Positions 9,042 through 19,582 of a stretch of 32,770 nucleotides of DNA are shown one piece after another. Position 1 is the stretch's first letter. Every line of letters begins with the position of its first letter. The translations under genes were made by a program, and so were the position numbers. The notes beneath the pieces were generated by a model. The model searched no databases, had not been told where the DNA came from, and saw only the letters and a program-made list of their open reading frames with translations. Source of the DNA: Clostridiaceae bacterium (GTDB lineage Bacteria > Bacillota > Clostridia > Oscillospirales > Acutalibacteraceae); the NCBI GenBank assembly GCA_016292705.1, contig JAEDHZ010000001.1, positions 1 through 32,770 of the forward strand, in the 5' to 3' direction.

Positions 9042-9434
9042 TTAAAACTCCTCTTTTATCTTCTTTAGGATGTCCTTGTCCGCAGGGCAGAAGTCAAAAT
9101 TGTCAATCTCAGCTGTTGTTATCCACTTTATATCATTGTGCTCAAGCATACGGATTGTTCCGCTCCTGATTTCCGAATTGAAAAGGGTAAGCTCCACCGT
9201 CATGTCGGGGTATTCATGGACAAGCTGCATGAAAACATCTGAAACACTGATTTCAACATCAAGCTCCTCACGGCACTCACGGACAAGAGCCTCCTGCTTT
9301 GTTTCGCCCGGCTCAACCTTTCCTCCGACAAATTCCCAGAGCAAACCACGGGTCTTGTGCGCAGGGCGCTGACAGATTAGAAATGTATTGCCCTTCCTGA
9401 TGAGGGCGGCAACAACCCGAACCATAATTTTCAC
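9042..9434 (-). CDS. NUDIX hydrolase (MutT-like)
   Basis: Nudix box GGKVEPGETKQEALVRECREELDV. 130 aa. Confidence 0.88.
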   Translation of the reverse strand: MKIMVRVVAALIRKGNTFLICQRPAHKTRGLLWEFVGGKVEPGETKQEALVRECREELDVEISVSDVFMQLVHEYPDMTVELTLFNSEIRSGTIRMLEHNDIKWITTAEIDNFDFCPADKDILKKIKEEF

Positions 9435-9448
9435 CTTCCAAAAAATAT

Positions 9449-10549
9449 TTATGCGTCCGTTTTTTTCGCCTTTGGTATGGCTTTGGGCTTTCCCGGCGGG
9501 GCTTTCTTGATGTGCAGAAGAACATCACAGCGGTCAAGCAGGCGGTCAAACAGCTCTGCAATAACTACCGTTGCCGCAAGACAGACAAGGGTGAAGAGAA
9601 CGGGTTTTTCATTCAGTCCGAACTTTGAAAAAATCATCATCGGTATTCTTTGCAGAATGTAAATGCTGAAAACCCGTTTTCCGAACCAACGCAGAACCTT
9701 GTTGTCAATGCTGATACGCATTGAAACGAGGGTAATCACGAGTGCAAAAACGAGCGCCTGCGGAATGAACAGCTTGCGTGTCTTGTTGTATATCGGCAAA
9801 AGGTAAGCGAGAAAGGCAAAAACGGTGACTGCCATGCCTGTTGCGGAAAACCACTTTGAAAAGTCCTTCAACAAAAGCTTGTCAACAGCCGGCTTTGCAA
9901 TGTAATACCACATTCCGAGCGGATAGCACATGAGCGTGTCATACCACCAATATTCCTTGCCTTTGAGCGCACGCAAAACAAGCATGAGCGCAAAGGCGAG
10001 CACGGTGAAAACAGCGGTCGGAACAACAATTTTGTCCTTTGCAAAAACGAAAACAAGGAAAGTCAGCGCATATAGCATCAGTATCGTGAAAATGAACCAG
10101 ACGCTGTTTCCGACAGCGGAGAGTCCGAAAAAGGATTTGAGCAAACGAACACCGTCATACTTCGTTCCGAGCAGACGGCTGACGCAGAAAAATATCAGCA
10201 CGGCAACTGCAAAGTGATACCAAACGGAAAGGATGCGCTTTTTCGGTATCGTCAACGCATATTTGGGCTTTTTTTCAAGACTCAATGCAATTCCGTAGCC
10301 CGAATAGAACAAGAACGCAACCACCATGAGCTGACCGAGAAAAAGCATGAAATCCGTAAAAGGCTCGTTGACCGGTGTTTTTTCAAGCTTTATATATTGA
10401 CGAATATGCGAAAGGAAAACAATAATGACAAAAACGCCCTTTACAGAGCCGGTTTTCTGAACGGACATATAGTCCTCAAATCCGTCCTTAAAGCTGAACT
10501 TTATCCCAAAGAGACAAAGCAGAAGCAGAGCAATAATATATACACTCAT
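9449..10549 (-). CDS. Acyltransferase family 3 (integral-membrane O-acyltransferase)
   Basis: About 10 predicted TM helices, with an N-terminal KGVFVIIVFLSHI-type segment typical of the family. The track start is 10597 and overlaps the SDR gene. AAGGAG lies 9 nt before the in-frame ATG at 10549 (MSVYIIALL...), which I prefer. Confidence 0.6.
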   Translation of the reverse strand: MSVYIIALLLLCLFGIKFSFKDGFEDYMSVQKTGSVKGVFVIIVFLSHIRQYIKLEKTPVNEPFTDFMLFLGQLMVVAFLFYSGYGIALSLEKKPKYALTIPKKRILSVWYHFAVAVLIFFCVSRLLGTKYDGVRLLKSFFGLSAVGNSVWFIFTILMLYALTFLVFVFAKDKIVVPTAVFTVLAFALMLVLRALKGKEYWWYDTLMCYPLGMWYYIAKPAVDKLLLKDFSKWFSATGMAVTVFAFLAYLLPIYNKTRKLFIPQALVFALVITLVSMRISIDNKVLRWFGKRVFSIYILQRIPMMIFSKFGLNEKPVLFTLVCLAATVVIAELFDRLLDRCDVLLHIKKAPPGKPKAIPKAKKTDA

Positions 10550-10580
10550 GAGTTTCAACTCCTTTTTGCGGTTGAGTAAT

Positions 10581-11312
10581 TCAGCGACCGCCGTCAATGC
10601 TTACGGTCTGACCGGTGATGAAATCTGCCTTTTCGCTTGAAAGGAAAAAGACAAGCTCAGCAACATCACGGGGGGTTCCGTTTTTTTCGAGCGAGCTTTC
10701 AAGTGCAATCTGCCGTTTTGTTTCCTCGTCAAAGCAATCATTCATTTCCGTTTCAATGAAGCCGGGCGCAACACAGTTGACATTGATTCCGGACGGGCCG
10801 ACTTCCTTTGAAAGCGCCTTTGTGAAACCGATAAGCGCAGCCTTTGATGCGCTGTAGTCAACCTCGCACGAACCGCCGGAAACACCCCACATTGAGGATA
10901 TGTTGACAATCTTTCCCTTTTTTCGGTTAATCATCTGCGGCAGTATGAGCCGGCAAAGGTGCATTGCGCTCTGGGTGTTAACTGCAAAAAGTCTTTTTGC
11001 GTCCGTTTCATCAACAAGCTGGAAAATACCCCTCAGAGAAACGCCGGCGTTGTTGACAAGAACATCAATCTCTTTGCAAAGCTCCAATGCCCTTTGAGCA
11101 AGCATTACGCAGTCCGAATCCTTTGAAAGATCTGCACAAACGGGGAAGACCGAAACCGGAAAGCGGTTTTCAAGCTCTTCTTTCACCGCAAGCGCAGCCT
11201 CCCGGTTTTTGAAATACTGCATGATTACATCAAAGCCGTTTTCGGCAAAAATCCGGCAAAGCTCTCTGCCGATACCGCCGGAGGCACCCGTGATAAGAAC
11301 TGCTTTGTTCAT
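10581..11312 (-). CDS. SDR-family oxidoreductase (FabG-like)
   Basis: TGASGGIGR, NNAG and YSASKAAL motifs. The track start is 11384, but AAGGAGA precedes the ATG at 11312 (MNKAVLITG...), which gives the canonical SDR N-terminus. Confidence 0.88.
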   Translation of the reverse strand: MNKAVLITGASGGIGRELCRIFAENGFDVIMQYFKNREAALAVKEELENRFPVSVFPVCADLSKDSDCVMLAQRALELCKEIDVLVNNAGVSLRGIFQLVDETDAKRLFAVNTQSAMHLCRLILPQMINRKKGKIVNISSMWGVSGGSCEVDYSASKAALIGFTKALSKEVGPSGINVNCVAPGFIETEMNDCFDEETKRQIALESSLEKNGTPRDVAELVFFLSSEKADFITGQTVSIDGGR

Positions 11313-11591
11313 TTCTTTCTCCTTGCTCTTTGTCCTTTGGAAAAATAAAAACAAATAGTATTTACCGGTTAATGATAACAGCAAAAATCTCCTCTGTCAA
11401 TCGTTCATATATATTTTATGCTGTTTCCAGACTTCTTTAATCAATACAATTTTGTTAATTTTGGGTTATTACTATTGACAATGAAATTGAATTTGGGTAT
11501 TGTATTATAGAATCGTTTTGTATACTATTATTGTATCTGACTTTGTGTTCCGGCTTCGCCGGGCAGTATTCATAAAGGAGAATTTTATATC

Positions 11592-12557
11592 ATGAAAAAG
11601 CAAGTAACCGCCATAATATGCGTTATATTGTCCGTCTGGTTTTTCTTCATGGGCTTTGAGCTCGGTTCATACCGTGAAAAAAAGAACTTTAAAGCATCTC
11701 AGACTCAGGTCTTTCAGCCGATGAGCCAGACAAACTATAACTCTCAGTCCTCCTCTGTTCCGATCGATCAGACTCAACCGACCGTGACTTCTTCAACCGA
11801 GGCAACCGTGCCCTCCGAACCGCTTACTGCTTACACCGAGAGCACAGCCGGACAGACAACAGCACCGACAACAAGACCTGCCGCTGACCCTGCTTCAATG
11901 TCAAAAGCCGAGGTTATCGCCGCAGCAAAGAAAGCTATTGACGCCGTTAAATCAGAACAGAACATGACAGCCGTTCAGACAGAAAACATTAAGATAACCG
12001 TCAACGATTGCAGTGTGCCAAGTCTTACAAGCATTGTCAATGGCATTGTTCAGCGCTTCACCGGAGAAAAGAGTGCAACCTATAAATTTGTTAACGGTCA
12101 GGCAACCGGAGTAAGACCGGACGGAAAAGAGGTTGAGGATGAGGGTGTTGTTTCTCCCACCCAGGTCATTCCTCCCAAGGACAGGACCTTTGACATTACG
12201 GAAGCCGGCGTTACCGAAGCAAGCGCAAAGAAGAGCGGAACGGACACCGTGTATACAATCAGAATCAAAGAAGAATCCACAACTCTTCAGAATCCCGTTC
12301 CTCCGTTCAATGCTGCCGCAATCGGTTATCTTGACCTTTCAAAGATTTCTGATAAAATCAACGGCGCAGAGATTACGGAAGCAAACATGCATTATCCCGG
12401 TTCATCGGTTGTTGCCACGGTCAATGCTGCCGGAAAGCTTGTTAAGCTTGAGCTGAATCTTCCGATGGACGGTTACGGAGCCGCCTCCCTCAAGGTTCTT
12501 AAAGGCAATGCTTCTTTCAGCGGAAGCATGTTGGAAACCTGGAGCTTTACTTATTGA
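11592..12557 (+). CDS. Membrane-anchored extracytoplasmic hypothetical protein
   Basis: N-terminal TM/signal anchor VTAIICVILSVWFFFMGF, an S/T/P/Q-rich linker, then a roughly 220-aa domain of no family I recognise. Has its own RBS and a terminator. Confidence 0.6.
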   Translation: MKKQVTAIICVILSVWFFFMGFELGSYREKKNFKASQTQVFQPMSQTNYNSQSSSVPIDQTQPTVTSSTEATVPSEPLTAYTESTAGQTTAPTTRPAADPASMSKAEVIAAAKKAIDAVKSEQNMTAVQTENIKITVNDCSVPSLTSIVNGIVQRFTGEKSATYKFVNGQATGVRPDGKEVEDEGVVSPTQVIPPKDRTFDITEAGVTEASAKKSGTDTVYTIRIKEESTTLQNPVPPFNAAAIGYLDLSKISDKINGAEITEANMHYPGSSVVATVNAAGKLVKLELNLPMDGYGAASLKVLKGNASFSGSMLETWSFTY

Positions 12558-12569
12558 TAATTCGGTTTT

Positions 12570-12598
12570 CCCCGCTCTTTGAGCGGGGATATTTTTTT
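12570..12598 (+). terminator. Intrinsic terminator
   Basis: CCCCGCTC-TTT-GAGCGGGG followed by ATATTTTTTT. Confidence 0.85.
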
Positions 12599-12766
12599 AC
12601 GCAAAAAGGAATTGACATCCGTCATATACTGATGAAAAAACTGTTGAAAATGCACTTAGTTCTGTTTAACCTGTCAGATTTATAAAATGTGACTGAATTT
12701 TCTAACAAAATGCACAATTTTTGTAAAAAAATTTTTGAGAGCTTCTAACAAAATAGCAAAAAGCTC

Positions 12767-12795
12767 TTGTCTTTTTATCCGCAGAATGATATTAT
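12767..12795 (+). promoter_or_regulatory. Candidate sigma-A promoter of the glycogen operon
   Basis: TTGTCT, 17 nt, then TGaTATTAT (extended -10). It predicts a 5' leader of about 205 nt before glgB. Confidence 0.45.
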
Positions 12796-13008
12796 TATCA
12801 TAATAGGGTAACCATATCAAAAGATTGTTGCGATGCAAGACAACTGCACCTCAACTGATAAGGAATTATGCTTTCAGAAAGCAGTTCCCTAATGGTTTGC
12901 CCGTCACGCCCCTGTCCGTTGTGACAAAGGCAGTGGCCGTTATTTTTGAACAGACGAAGCAGGAAAACATAAAGCCGCAAACTCTGTTCGGGAAGGATTA
13001 ATCGTAAT

Positions 13009-14964
13009 ATGGGATCAGAAAAAATCAGAAAAGGCGATGACACCGCTCTGTACTTTTTTCATTCGGGGAAGGGCTGTCGTGCTTATGAATACCTCGGCGC
13101 CCACAAAACACCCGATGAGGACAGCGTAACTTTCCGCGTATGGGCACCGAACGCCTGTGATGTCAGTGTTATCGGAGATTTCAACAACTGGGACGGAAAC
13201 AAAAACAAGATGTACCGCCTTTCCGACGGACAGACCTGGGAATGTGTCATCCCTTCAATCAGGCGGTTTGACTGCTATAAATATCTTGTCACCTATCCGG
13301 ACGGAAAAACGAGTGCCGGAAAATGTGACCCCTATGCTTTCCACAGCGAAACACGCCCCAGCGACGCTTCAAAGTTCTATGAGCTTGACACCTATGAATG
13401 GAACGACGAAGCATGGCTTGAAAAAAGGAAAAACTACAACCCCTATGAAAGCCCGATGAATGTCTATGAGGTTCACGCAGGGTCATGGCGTCGGTATGAG
13501 GACAACAGTCCCTTTTCATATCGTGACCTTGCCCGTGAGCTTGTGCCCTATGTCAAAGAAATGGGCTATACCCACATTGAAATGATGCCTCTTTCGGAAT
13601 ATCCGTTTGACGGCTCGTGGGGTTATCAGGTTACCGGATATTTTTGCGCAACCTCCCGTTACGGAACACCGGATGAGCTGATGAACTTCATTGATGTTTG
13701 TCACCAAAACGATATCGCAGTCATTCTTGACTGGGTTCCGGCGCATTTCCCCCGTGACCTCCACGGACTTTCGCTCTTTGACGGAACGCCATGCTATGAA
13801 TATGCCGATCCGAGAAAGGGCGAGCACAAGGATTGGGGAACAAAGATTTTTGACTACGGCAGACCGGAGGTTGTCTCCTTCCTTGTCAGCTCCGCAGCTT
13901 TCTGGTTTGAAAAATATCACATTGACGGACTGCGTGTTGACGCCGTTTCATCAATGCTTTACCTTGATTACGGTCGTGAAAACGGTCAGTGGATACCAAA
14001 CAAATATGGCGGAAACGAAAACCTTGAGGCAATTGAATTTTTCAAAAACCTCAACTCAACAATTTTCCGGGAGTATCCCCATGCCCTCATGATTGCGGAG
14101 GAGAGCACGGCGTGGCCGCTTGTTTCAAAGCCCGTTGATGCCGGCGGACTCGGCTTCAACTTCAAGTGGAACATGGGCTGGATGAATGATACATTGCGCT
14201 ATTTCTCTCTTGACGGTCTTTCAAGGAAGTATAACCACAATCTTCTGACATTTTCGTTTTTCTACGCTTTTTCGGAAAACTTTATTCTCCCGATTTCACA
14301 CGATGAAGTTGTTCACGGAAAATGCTCACTCATGGGCAAGATGAGCGGAAACTATGACGAAAAGTTTGACACACTGCGTGCGTTTTTCGGCTACATGACT
14401 GCCCACCCGGGAAAGAAGCTCTGCTTCATGGGTCAGGAGTTCGGTCAGTTCATTGAATGGCGCTTTGATGAGGAGCTTGACTGGCTGTTGCTGGGCTATG
14501 ACAAGCACAAGGCTCTGCAGGGCTATGTCCGGACGCTCAACGGAATTTATAAAAAATATCCGGCACTCTGGGAAATAGATTACGGCTGGGAGGGCTTCTC
14601 CTGGTGTGTCAGCGATGACTGCAACAACTCCGTAATCGCCTTCACAAGAAAAGACAAAAACGGCAATGCCCTTGTCTGCGTCTGCAACCTGACGAATGTT
14701 GAACGCAAAAAGTATTCGTTCGGAGTTGAAAAGGACGGAATTTACGAAGTTATTCTCAATTCTGACGACAAAAAATTTGCCGGAGGCGGAAGAGGAACAA
14801 AAACAAGGGCAACCTCAAAGAACCGGCCTATGCACGGTTTTGAAAACAGCATCACCCTTGATTTGCCTCCGCTTTCGTGTCTGTATCTCATCAGAAAGCC
14901 AAAGCCGCAAAAAAAGCAGACAGAGGAAACAAACGCAAAAAAGAAAAAAGCGTTAATTAAATAA
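13009..14964 (+). CDS. glgB: 1,4-alpha-glucan branching enzyme
   Basis: GH13 conserved regions DWVPAHF, GLRVDAV, EESTAWP and SHDEV. 651 aa, with a Lys-rich C-terminal tail. Confidence 0.95.
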   Translation: MGSEKIRKGDDTALYFFHSGKGCRAYEYLGAHKTPDEDSVTFRVWAPNACDVSVIGDFNNWDGNKNKMYRLSDGQTWECVIPSIRRFDCYKYLVTYPDGKTSAGKCDPYAFHSETRPSDASKFYELDTYEWNDEAWLEKRKNYNPYESPMNVYEVHAGSWRRYEDNSPFSYRDLARELVPYVKEMGYTHIEMMPLSEYPFDGSWGYQVTGYFCATSRYGTPDELMNFIDVCHQNDIAVILDWVPAHFPRDLHGLSLFDGTPCYEYADPRKGEHKDWGTKIFDYGRPEVVSFLVSSAAFWFEKYHIDGLRVDAVSSMLYLDYGRENGQWIPNKYGGNENLEAIEFFKNLNSTIFREYPHALMIAEESTAWPLVSKPVDAGGLGFNFKWNMGWMNDTLRYFSLDGLSRKYNHNLLTFSFFYAFSENFILPISHDEVVHGKCSLMGKMSGNYDEKFDTLRAFFGYMTAHPGKKLCFMGQEFGQFIEWRFDEELDWLLLGYDKHKALQGYVRTLNGIYKKYPALWEIDYGWEGFSWCVSDDCNNSVIAFTRKDKNGNALVCVCNLTNVERKKYSFGVEKDGIYEVILNSDDKKFAGGGRGTKTRATSKNRPMHGFENSITLDLPPLSCLYLIRKPKPQKKQTEETNAKKKKALIK

Positions 14965-14995
14965 ACAAACATTTAGTATATTAAGGAGGAATTTT

Positions 14996-16213
14996 ATGGC
15001 AAAGAAAACAGAATGCCTTGCAATGCTCCTTGCCGGCGGACAGGGGAGCCGCCTCGGTATACTCACAAAGAACATTGCAAAGCCTGCCGTACCTTACGGC
15101 GGAAAGTATCGTATCATTGACTTTCCCCTTTCAAACTGCATTAACTCGGGAATAGAAACAGTCGGTGTTCTCACGCAGTATCAGCCGCTTGAGCTGAATG
15201 ATTATATCGGCAACGGCTCAGCTTGGGATCTTGACCGTGCCCACGGCGGTGTTCATATTCTCTCGCCCTATCAGCAGATCAAGGGCACACAGTGGTACAA
15301 GGGCACAGCCAACGCAATCTATCAGAACATCAACTTCATTGACCGCTATAATCCCGAATATGTTGCAGTTCTTTCCGGAGACCACATATACAAAATGGAC
15401 TATGCAAAAATGCTTGCATTCCACAAGGAAAAGAATGCCTCCTGCACCATTGCAATGCTTGAAGTGCCTTGGGAGGAGGCCTCCAGATTCGGTCTCATGT
15501 TTGTCAACGATGACGGTTCGATAAGCGAATTTGAGGAAAAACCGAAAAACCCGAGGAGCAACAAAGCTTCCATGGGTGTTTACATCTTCACCTGGAGCGT
15601 TCTCAGAAAGTATCTCATTGACGATGAAAACAATCCCGATTCCGGAAACGACTTTGGCCATGATGTCATTCCGGCGATGCACAACGCCGGCGAAAGACTC
15701 TTTGCCTATCAGTTTGACGGCTACTGGAAAGATGTCGGAACGATCGATTCCCTCTGGGAAGCGAATCTTGATCTGCTCAATCCAAAGGTTGACCTTGACC
15801 TTTCGGATAACAGCTGGAAAATCTATTCAAAAACAACGGCCTCTCCGCCGCAATTCATTTCAGACAAGGCTTCCGTTGAAAACTCAATGATTTCCGAAGG
15901 CTGCGAGATTGACGGCAGTGTGGACTATTCCATCCTCTTCTCCAATGTTACCGTTGAGGAGGGCGCAACTGTCCGTTATTCAATCGTAATGCCCGGAACA
16001 GTTATCAAATCCGGTGCTTTGGTTGAATATTCAATAGTTGCCGAAAATGCAGTTATTGACGAAAACGCCCATGTCGGCAATGACCCGGCTTCAATGAGTA
16101 ACGCCTTTGACGATTGGGGAATTGCCGTTGTCGGCGAGAAGGTTCATATCGGCAAAAATGCCGCTGTTGCCGCAAAGACAATGGTTGACGAAGATGTAAA
16201 GGAGGCAGAATAA
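14996..16213 (+). CDS. glgC: Glucose-1-phosphate adenylyltransferase, catalytic subunit
   Basis: [13 protein letters not shown] nucleotide-binding loop and a C-terminal left-handed beta-helix region. Strong RBS AAGGAGGA. Confidence 0.95.
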   Translation: MAKKTECLAMLLAGGQGSRLGILTKNIAKPAVPYGGKYRIIDFPLSNCINSGIETVGVLTQYQPLELNDYIGNGSAWDLDRAHGGVHILSPYQQIKGTQWYKGTANAIYQNINFIDRYNPEYVAVLSGDHIYKMDYAKMLAFHKEKNASCTIAMLEVPWEEASRFGLMFVNDDGSISEFEEKPKNPRSNKASMGVYIFTWSVLRKYLIDDENNPDSGNDFGHDVIPAMHNAGERLFAYQFDGYWKDVGTIDSLWEANLDLLNPKVDLDLSDNSWKIYSKTTASPPQFISDKASVENSMISEGCEIDGSVDYSILFSNVTVEEGATVRYSIVMPGTVIKSGALVEYSIVAENAVIDENAHVGNDPASMSNAFDDWGIAVVGEKVHIGKNAAVAAKTMVDEDVKEAE

Positions 16214-17325
16214 TGCGGGCTTCAAATGTTCTCGGAATGATATATTCAAGTATTTATGACGAACAAGTCAGTGAGCTGACCGGTATCCGCACAATGGGTT
16301 CAATTCCGTTTGCCGGAAGATATCGCCTCATTGACCTCTGCCTTTCCGGCATGGTCAACTGCGGAATCACAAAGGTTGGTGTCAGCACAAAAAGCAACTA
16401 TCGCTCACTTATGGATCACCTCGGCTCAGGCAAGGCATGGGACCTTTCAAGAAAGCGTGGCGGGCTCACTCTCCTTCCGCCGTTCAATGTTGGCGATTCT
16501 TCAGGCATATTCAGTCACCGTCTTGAAGCTCTGAAGGGCATGATGGACTATATTTCTCACAGCGACAAGGACTATATCCTTTTCTGCGACTGCAATGTTG
16601 TGTGCAATATCGACTATGAAAAGTTCATTGAGGCACACCTCAACTCCGGTGCAGACATCACAATTGCATATAAGCGCGGTGTTAAACCCGCCATTGCAGA
16701 CATCATGACCTTTGACCTTGAAAACGACAAAATCGTCAGCGCAAGGACGGGCGAGCTCGGAACCCAGGCGATGAATTATTCGCTCAACATTATCATCATG
16801 AGCCGTGCTCTGCTCGAAAGGCTTGTCAACAGTGCCGCAACGCTTCCGGACGCCCGGTTTGAAAGCGCAATCATAGCAAACAATGTTCAGAGTCTTGACA
16901 TCAGAGGCTACAAAATTGAAGAATTTGCGGAAATGGTTGATTCGCTCCAAAGCTACTATGACATCAGTATGCGTCTGCTTTCAGGCGGAAGAAAAGAGCT
17001 GTTCAAAAAGGACAGACCGATTTACACAAAGGTGCGTGACGATGTTCCGGCAATTTACGGCGTTTGCTCAAAGGCTTCTGACTCCCTTATTGCCGACGGC
17101 TGCGTAATTAAGGGAACGGTTGAAAACTGCATCCTTTTCCGGGGTGTATATGTTGCCGAGGACGCAGTTGTTAAGAACTCCGTCATAATGCAGGACAGCT
17201 ATATCAGCGCCGGCGCAAAAATCAACTGCGCAATTCTTGACAAAAATGTTGTCATCCGCCCGAACCGTGAAATCTCCGGTGCGGAAAGCTATCCTGTCTA
17301 CATCGGAAAGAATATCACTGTCTGA
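16213..17325 (+). CDS. glgD: Glucose-1-phosphate adenylyltransferase, GlgD subunit
   Basis: A paralogue of GlgC that lacks the GGxGxR loop (IPFAGRYRLID retained). Its start overlaps the glgC stop (TAATG). This is the Firmicute glgCD arrangement. Confidence 0.9.
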   Translation: MRASNVLGMIYSSIYDEQVSELTGIRTMGSIPFAGRYRLIDLCLSGMVNCGITKVGVSTKSNYRSLMDHLGSGKAWDLSRKRGGLTLLPPFNVGDSSGIFSHRLEALKGMMDYISHSDKDYILFCDCNVVCNIDYEKFIEAHLNSGADITIAYKRGVKPAIADIMTFDLENDKIVSARTGELGTQAMNYSLNIIIMSRALLERLVNSAATLPDARFESAIIANNVQSLDIRGYKIEEFAEMVDSLQSYYDISMRLLSGGRKELFKKDRPIYTKVRDDVPAIYGVCSKASDSLIADGCVIKGTVENCILFRGVYVAEDAVVKNSVIMQDSYISAGAKINCAILDKNVVIRPNREISGAESYPVYIGKNITV

Positions 17326-17409
17326 CAGAAAATTCAGTTTCAAAAACAGGAATCCGAAAAGATTTACAACTATCTCTGTTTTGAAAACTTCTCATATTGG
17401 AGGAAAAGC

Positions 17410-18837
17410 ATGAAAGTTTTGTTTGCTGCATCTGAAGCTCAGCCCTTCATGGCGAGCGGCGGACTCGGTGATGTTGCCGGTTCGCTTCCGCAGGCGCTGA
17501 GGAAAAGGCTCATCGGCTGCCGTGTTGTCATGCCTCTTTATGACACAATCAGCCAGGAGCTCAAGGACTCAATGTCCTTCATAACAAGTATCTCCGTCCC
17601 CGTTGCATGGAGACGCCAGTATTGCGGCGTTTTCCAGGCGAAGTACAAGGGCGTGATATATTATTTCATTGACAATCAGTATTATTTCAAGCGCGACAGA
17701 ATCTACGGCCATTATGATGATGCGGAACGCTTCACATTCTTTTCAAGAGCCGTGCTTGAAATTCTGCCCCACATTGACTTCAAACCCGATATTATTCACT
17801 GCAACGACTGGCAGTGCGCACTGACTCCGGTGTTCTATACCACAATGTACAGCAAAAATCCGTGGTATCAGGGAATTAAAACCGTTTTCACAATCCATAA
17901 CATTCAGTATCAGGGAACCTACGGAATGGATCTTGTCGGCGATGTTATCGGCCTCAAGCCGGAGGACACAAGAATTGTTGAATATGACGGCGATGTCAAT
18001 TTCATGAAGGGTGCAATTGAATGTGCAGACAAGGTGACAACAGTTTCCCCGTCATACGCACAGGAAATTCTTGACCCGTGGTACAGCCACGGTCTTGACA
18101 CCATTCTGAAAGCCCGTCAATGGAAGCTCCTCGGCATACTCAACGGAATTGATACCGAGAGCTATAACCCGGAAACCGACGGAGCAATTGCGGAAAACTA
18201 TAATGTTGAAACGGCTCAGAAAGGCAAAGCCGCAAACAAAGCGGCATTGCAGGAGAACCTCGGTCTGCCCGTCCGTGCCGATGTTCCGATGATCGGACTT
18301 GTTTCCCGCCTTGTTTCCCATAAGGGACTTGACCTCATCAGAGGTATTTTTGACGAATTCCTTTCAACAACGGATGTTCAGGTTGTTGTGGTCGGCTCGG
18401 GCGACTGGCAGTATGAAAACTATTTCCGTGAGCTGTGCGATCGCTATCCGGGAAAGATTTCCGTCAGAATCGGCTTTGTGCCCTCTTTGGCACGCAAGAT
18501 TTATGCTGCTGCCGACCTCTTCCTGATGCCCTCAAAAAGCGAGCCTTGCGGTCTTTCGCAGATGGTTGCGCTGCGCTACGGAACGCTCCCGATTGTCCGT
18601 GAAACCGGCGGTCTGCGTGATTCTGTCACCGACAGCGGCGACGGAAAGGGCAACGGCTTCACCTTCAAGACCTACAATGCGCACGATATGCTTGATGCAA
18701 TCCGCAGAGGTCTCGGCGCATACTATGACAAGCCTTATTGGAACGGTCTTGTCACGCGTGCAATGGAATGTGATTTCAGTTGGGGAAGAAGCTCCAACGA
18801 ATATATCAAGATGTATAAACAGCTTCTGAACAACTGA
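17410..18837 (+). CDS. glgA: Glycogen synthase (ADP-glucose type, GT5)
   Basis: N-terminal ASEAQPFMASGGLGDV (KxGGL-type motif) and C-terminal PSKSEPCGLSQM. Confidence 0.95.
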   Translation: MKVLFAASEAQPFMASGGLGDVAGSLPQALRKRLIGCRVVMPLYDTISQELKDSMSFITSISVPVAWRRQYCGVFQAKYKGVIYYFIDNQYYFKRDRIYGHYDDAERFTFFSRAVLEILPHIDFKPDIIHCNDWQCALTPVFYTTMYSKNPWYQGIKTVFTIHNIQYQGTYGMDLVGDVIGLKPEDTRIVEYDGDVNFMKGAIECADKVTTVSPSYAQEILDPWYSHGLDTILKARQWKLLGILNGIDTESYNPETDGAIAENYNVETAQKGKAANKAALQENLGLPVRADVPMIGLVSRLVSHKGLDLIRGIFDEFLSTTDVQVVVVGSGDWQYENYFRELCDRYPGKISVRIGFVPSLARKIYAAADLFLMPSKSEPCGLSQMVALRYGTLPIVRETGGLRDSVTDSGDGKGNGFTFKTYNAHDMLDAIRRGLGAYYDKPYWNGLVTRAMECDFSWGRSSNEYIKMYKQLLNN

Positions 18838-18861
18838 ACAGACATCTGAACGGAGGGAATT

Positions 18862-19515
18862 ATGCAAATCTTATTTCTGGTGCTTTTTGCGACAGTCAGT
18901 GTTGTTCACCTTGCGGCAAGCTTTGTGAGCAACAAAAAGCTTCGTGCGGCAACAAAGGGCTTCATCCTGCTTTTCCTTTTGCTTTACTACCTCTTTGCCG
19001 CAGAAGCAAAGAACGGAGTGCTCATTGCCGCCATTGCAACAAGCTGGCTTGGTGATGTTCTCCTCATCCCACAGGGAAACGGATGGTTCACCGCCGGCGG
19101 AATCAGTTTCATGATTTCACATTTCTGCTTTATTGCCGTTTATGTTATGTCGGTTGATTTTGCCAATGTGAACATTCTCCTGACTGTCCTTGCGTTTTTG
19201 GTTTATTGTGCGCTGATTTTTCTCGTTTTCCGTGCACTCAGACCGACAGCACCTAAAAAGCTTTACGGCGGACTGATTTTCTATCTTTTCTGCAACGCAT
19301 CAATGAATATTTTTGCGTTTATGCTCCTCATCTCAAGGCCGTGCCTTGCAACAGCACTGACCTATATCGGAGCCGTTTCGTTCTTTGCGTCAGACTCGCT
19401 TCTGTTCCTGACAAAGTTTTATAAAAAACCGATGTGGCGAGGACACTTCCCCGTTATGCTGACATACATAGTGGCAGAGCTTCTGATCACCCAAGGTATT
19501 ATGATGCTCGGATAA
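18862..19515 (+). CDS. YhhN-family membrane protein (lysoplasmalogenase-like)
   Basis: About 7 TM helices and an SWLGDVLLI motif. Starts 24 nt after glgA with no terminator between them. Confidence 0.6.
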   Translation: MQILFLVLFATVSVVHLAASFVSNKKLRAATKGFILLFLLLYYLFAAEAKNGVLIAAIATSWLGDVLLIPQGNGWFTAGGISFMISHFCFIAVYVMSVDFANVNILLTVLAFLVYCALIFLVFRALRPTAPKKLYGGLIFYLFCNASMNIFAFMLLISRPCLATALTYIGAVSFFASDSLLFLTKFYKKPMWRGHFPVMLTYIVAELLITQGIMMLG

Positions 19516-19530
19516 AGATAAATGAAAGTA

Positions 19531-19568
19531 AAAACTGCCGTAGCCAGAAATGGTTGCGGCAGTTTTTT
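19531..19568. terminator. Bidirectional intrinsic terminator
   Basis: AAAACTGCCG (19531-19540) pairs with CGGCAGTTTT (19557-19566). It is flanked by A-runs and T-runs on both sides, so it can serve both the yhhN-like gene (+) and the 40-codon gene (-). Confidence 0.8.
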
Positions 19569-19582
19569 GAAATTCAAATCGA

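Noticed and set aside
12798-13043. An 81-aa minus-strand ORF across the glgB start and leader.
   Set aside because: It is antisense to the glgB start region. It has no RBS, and its Leu/Ser/Arg-rich composition suggests a chance ORF in an untranslated leader.
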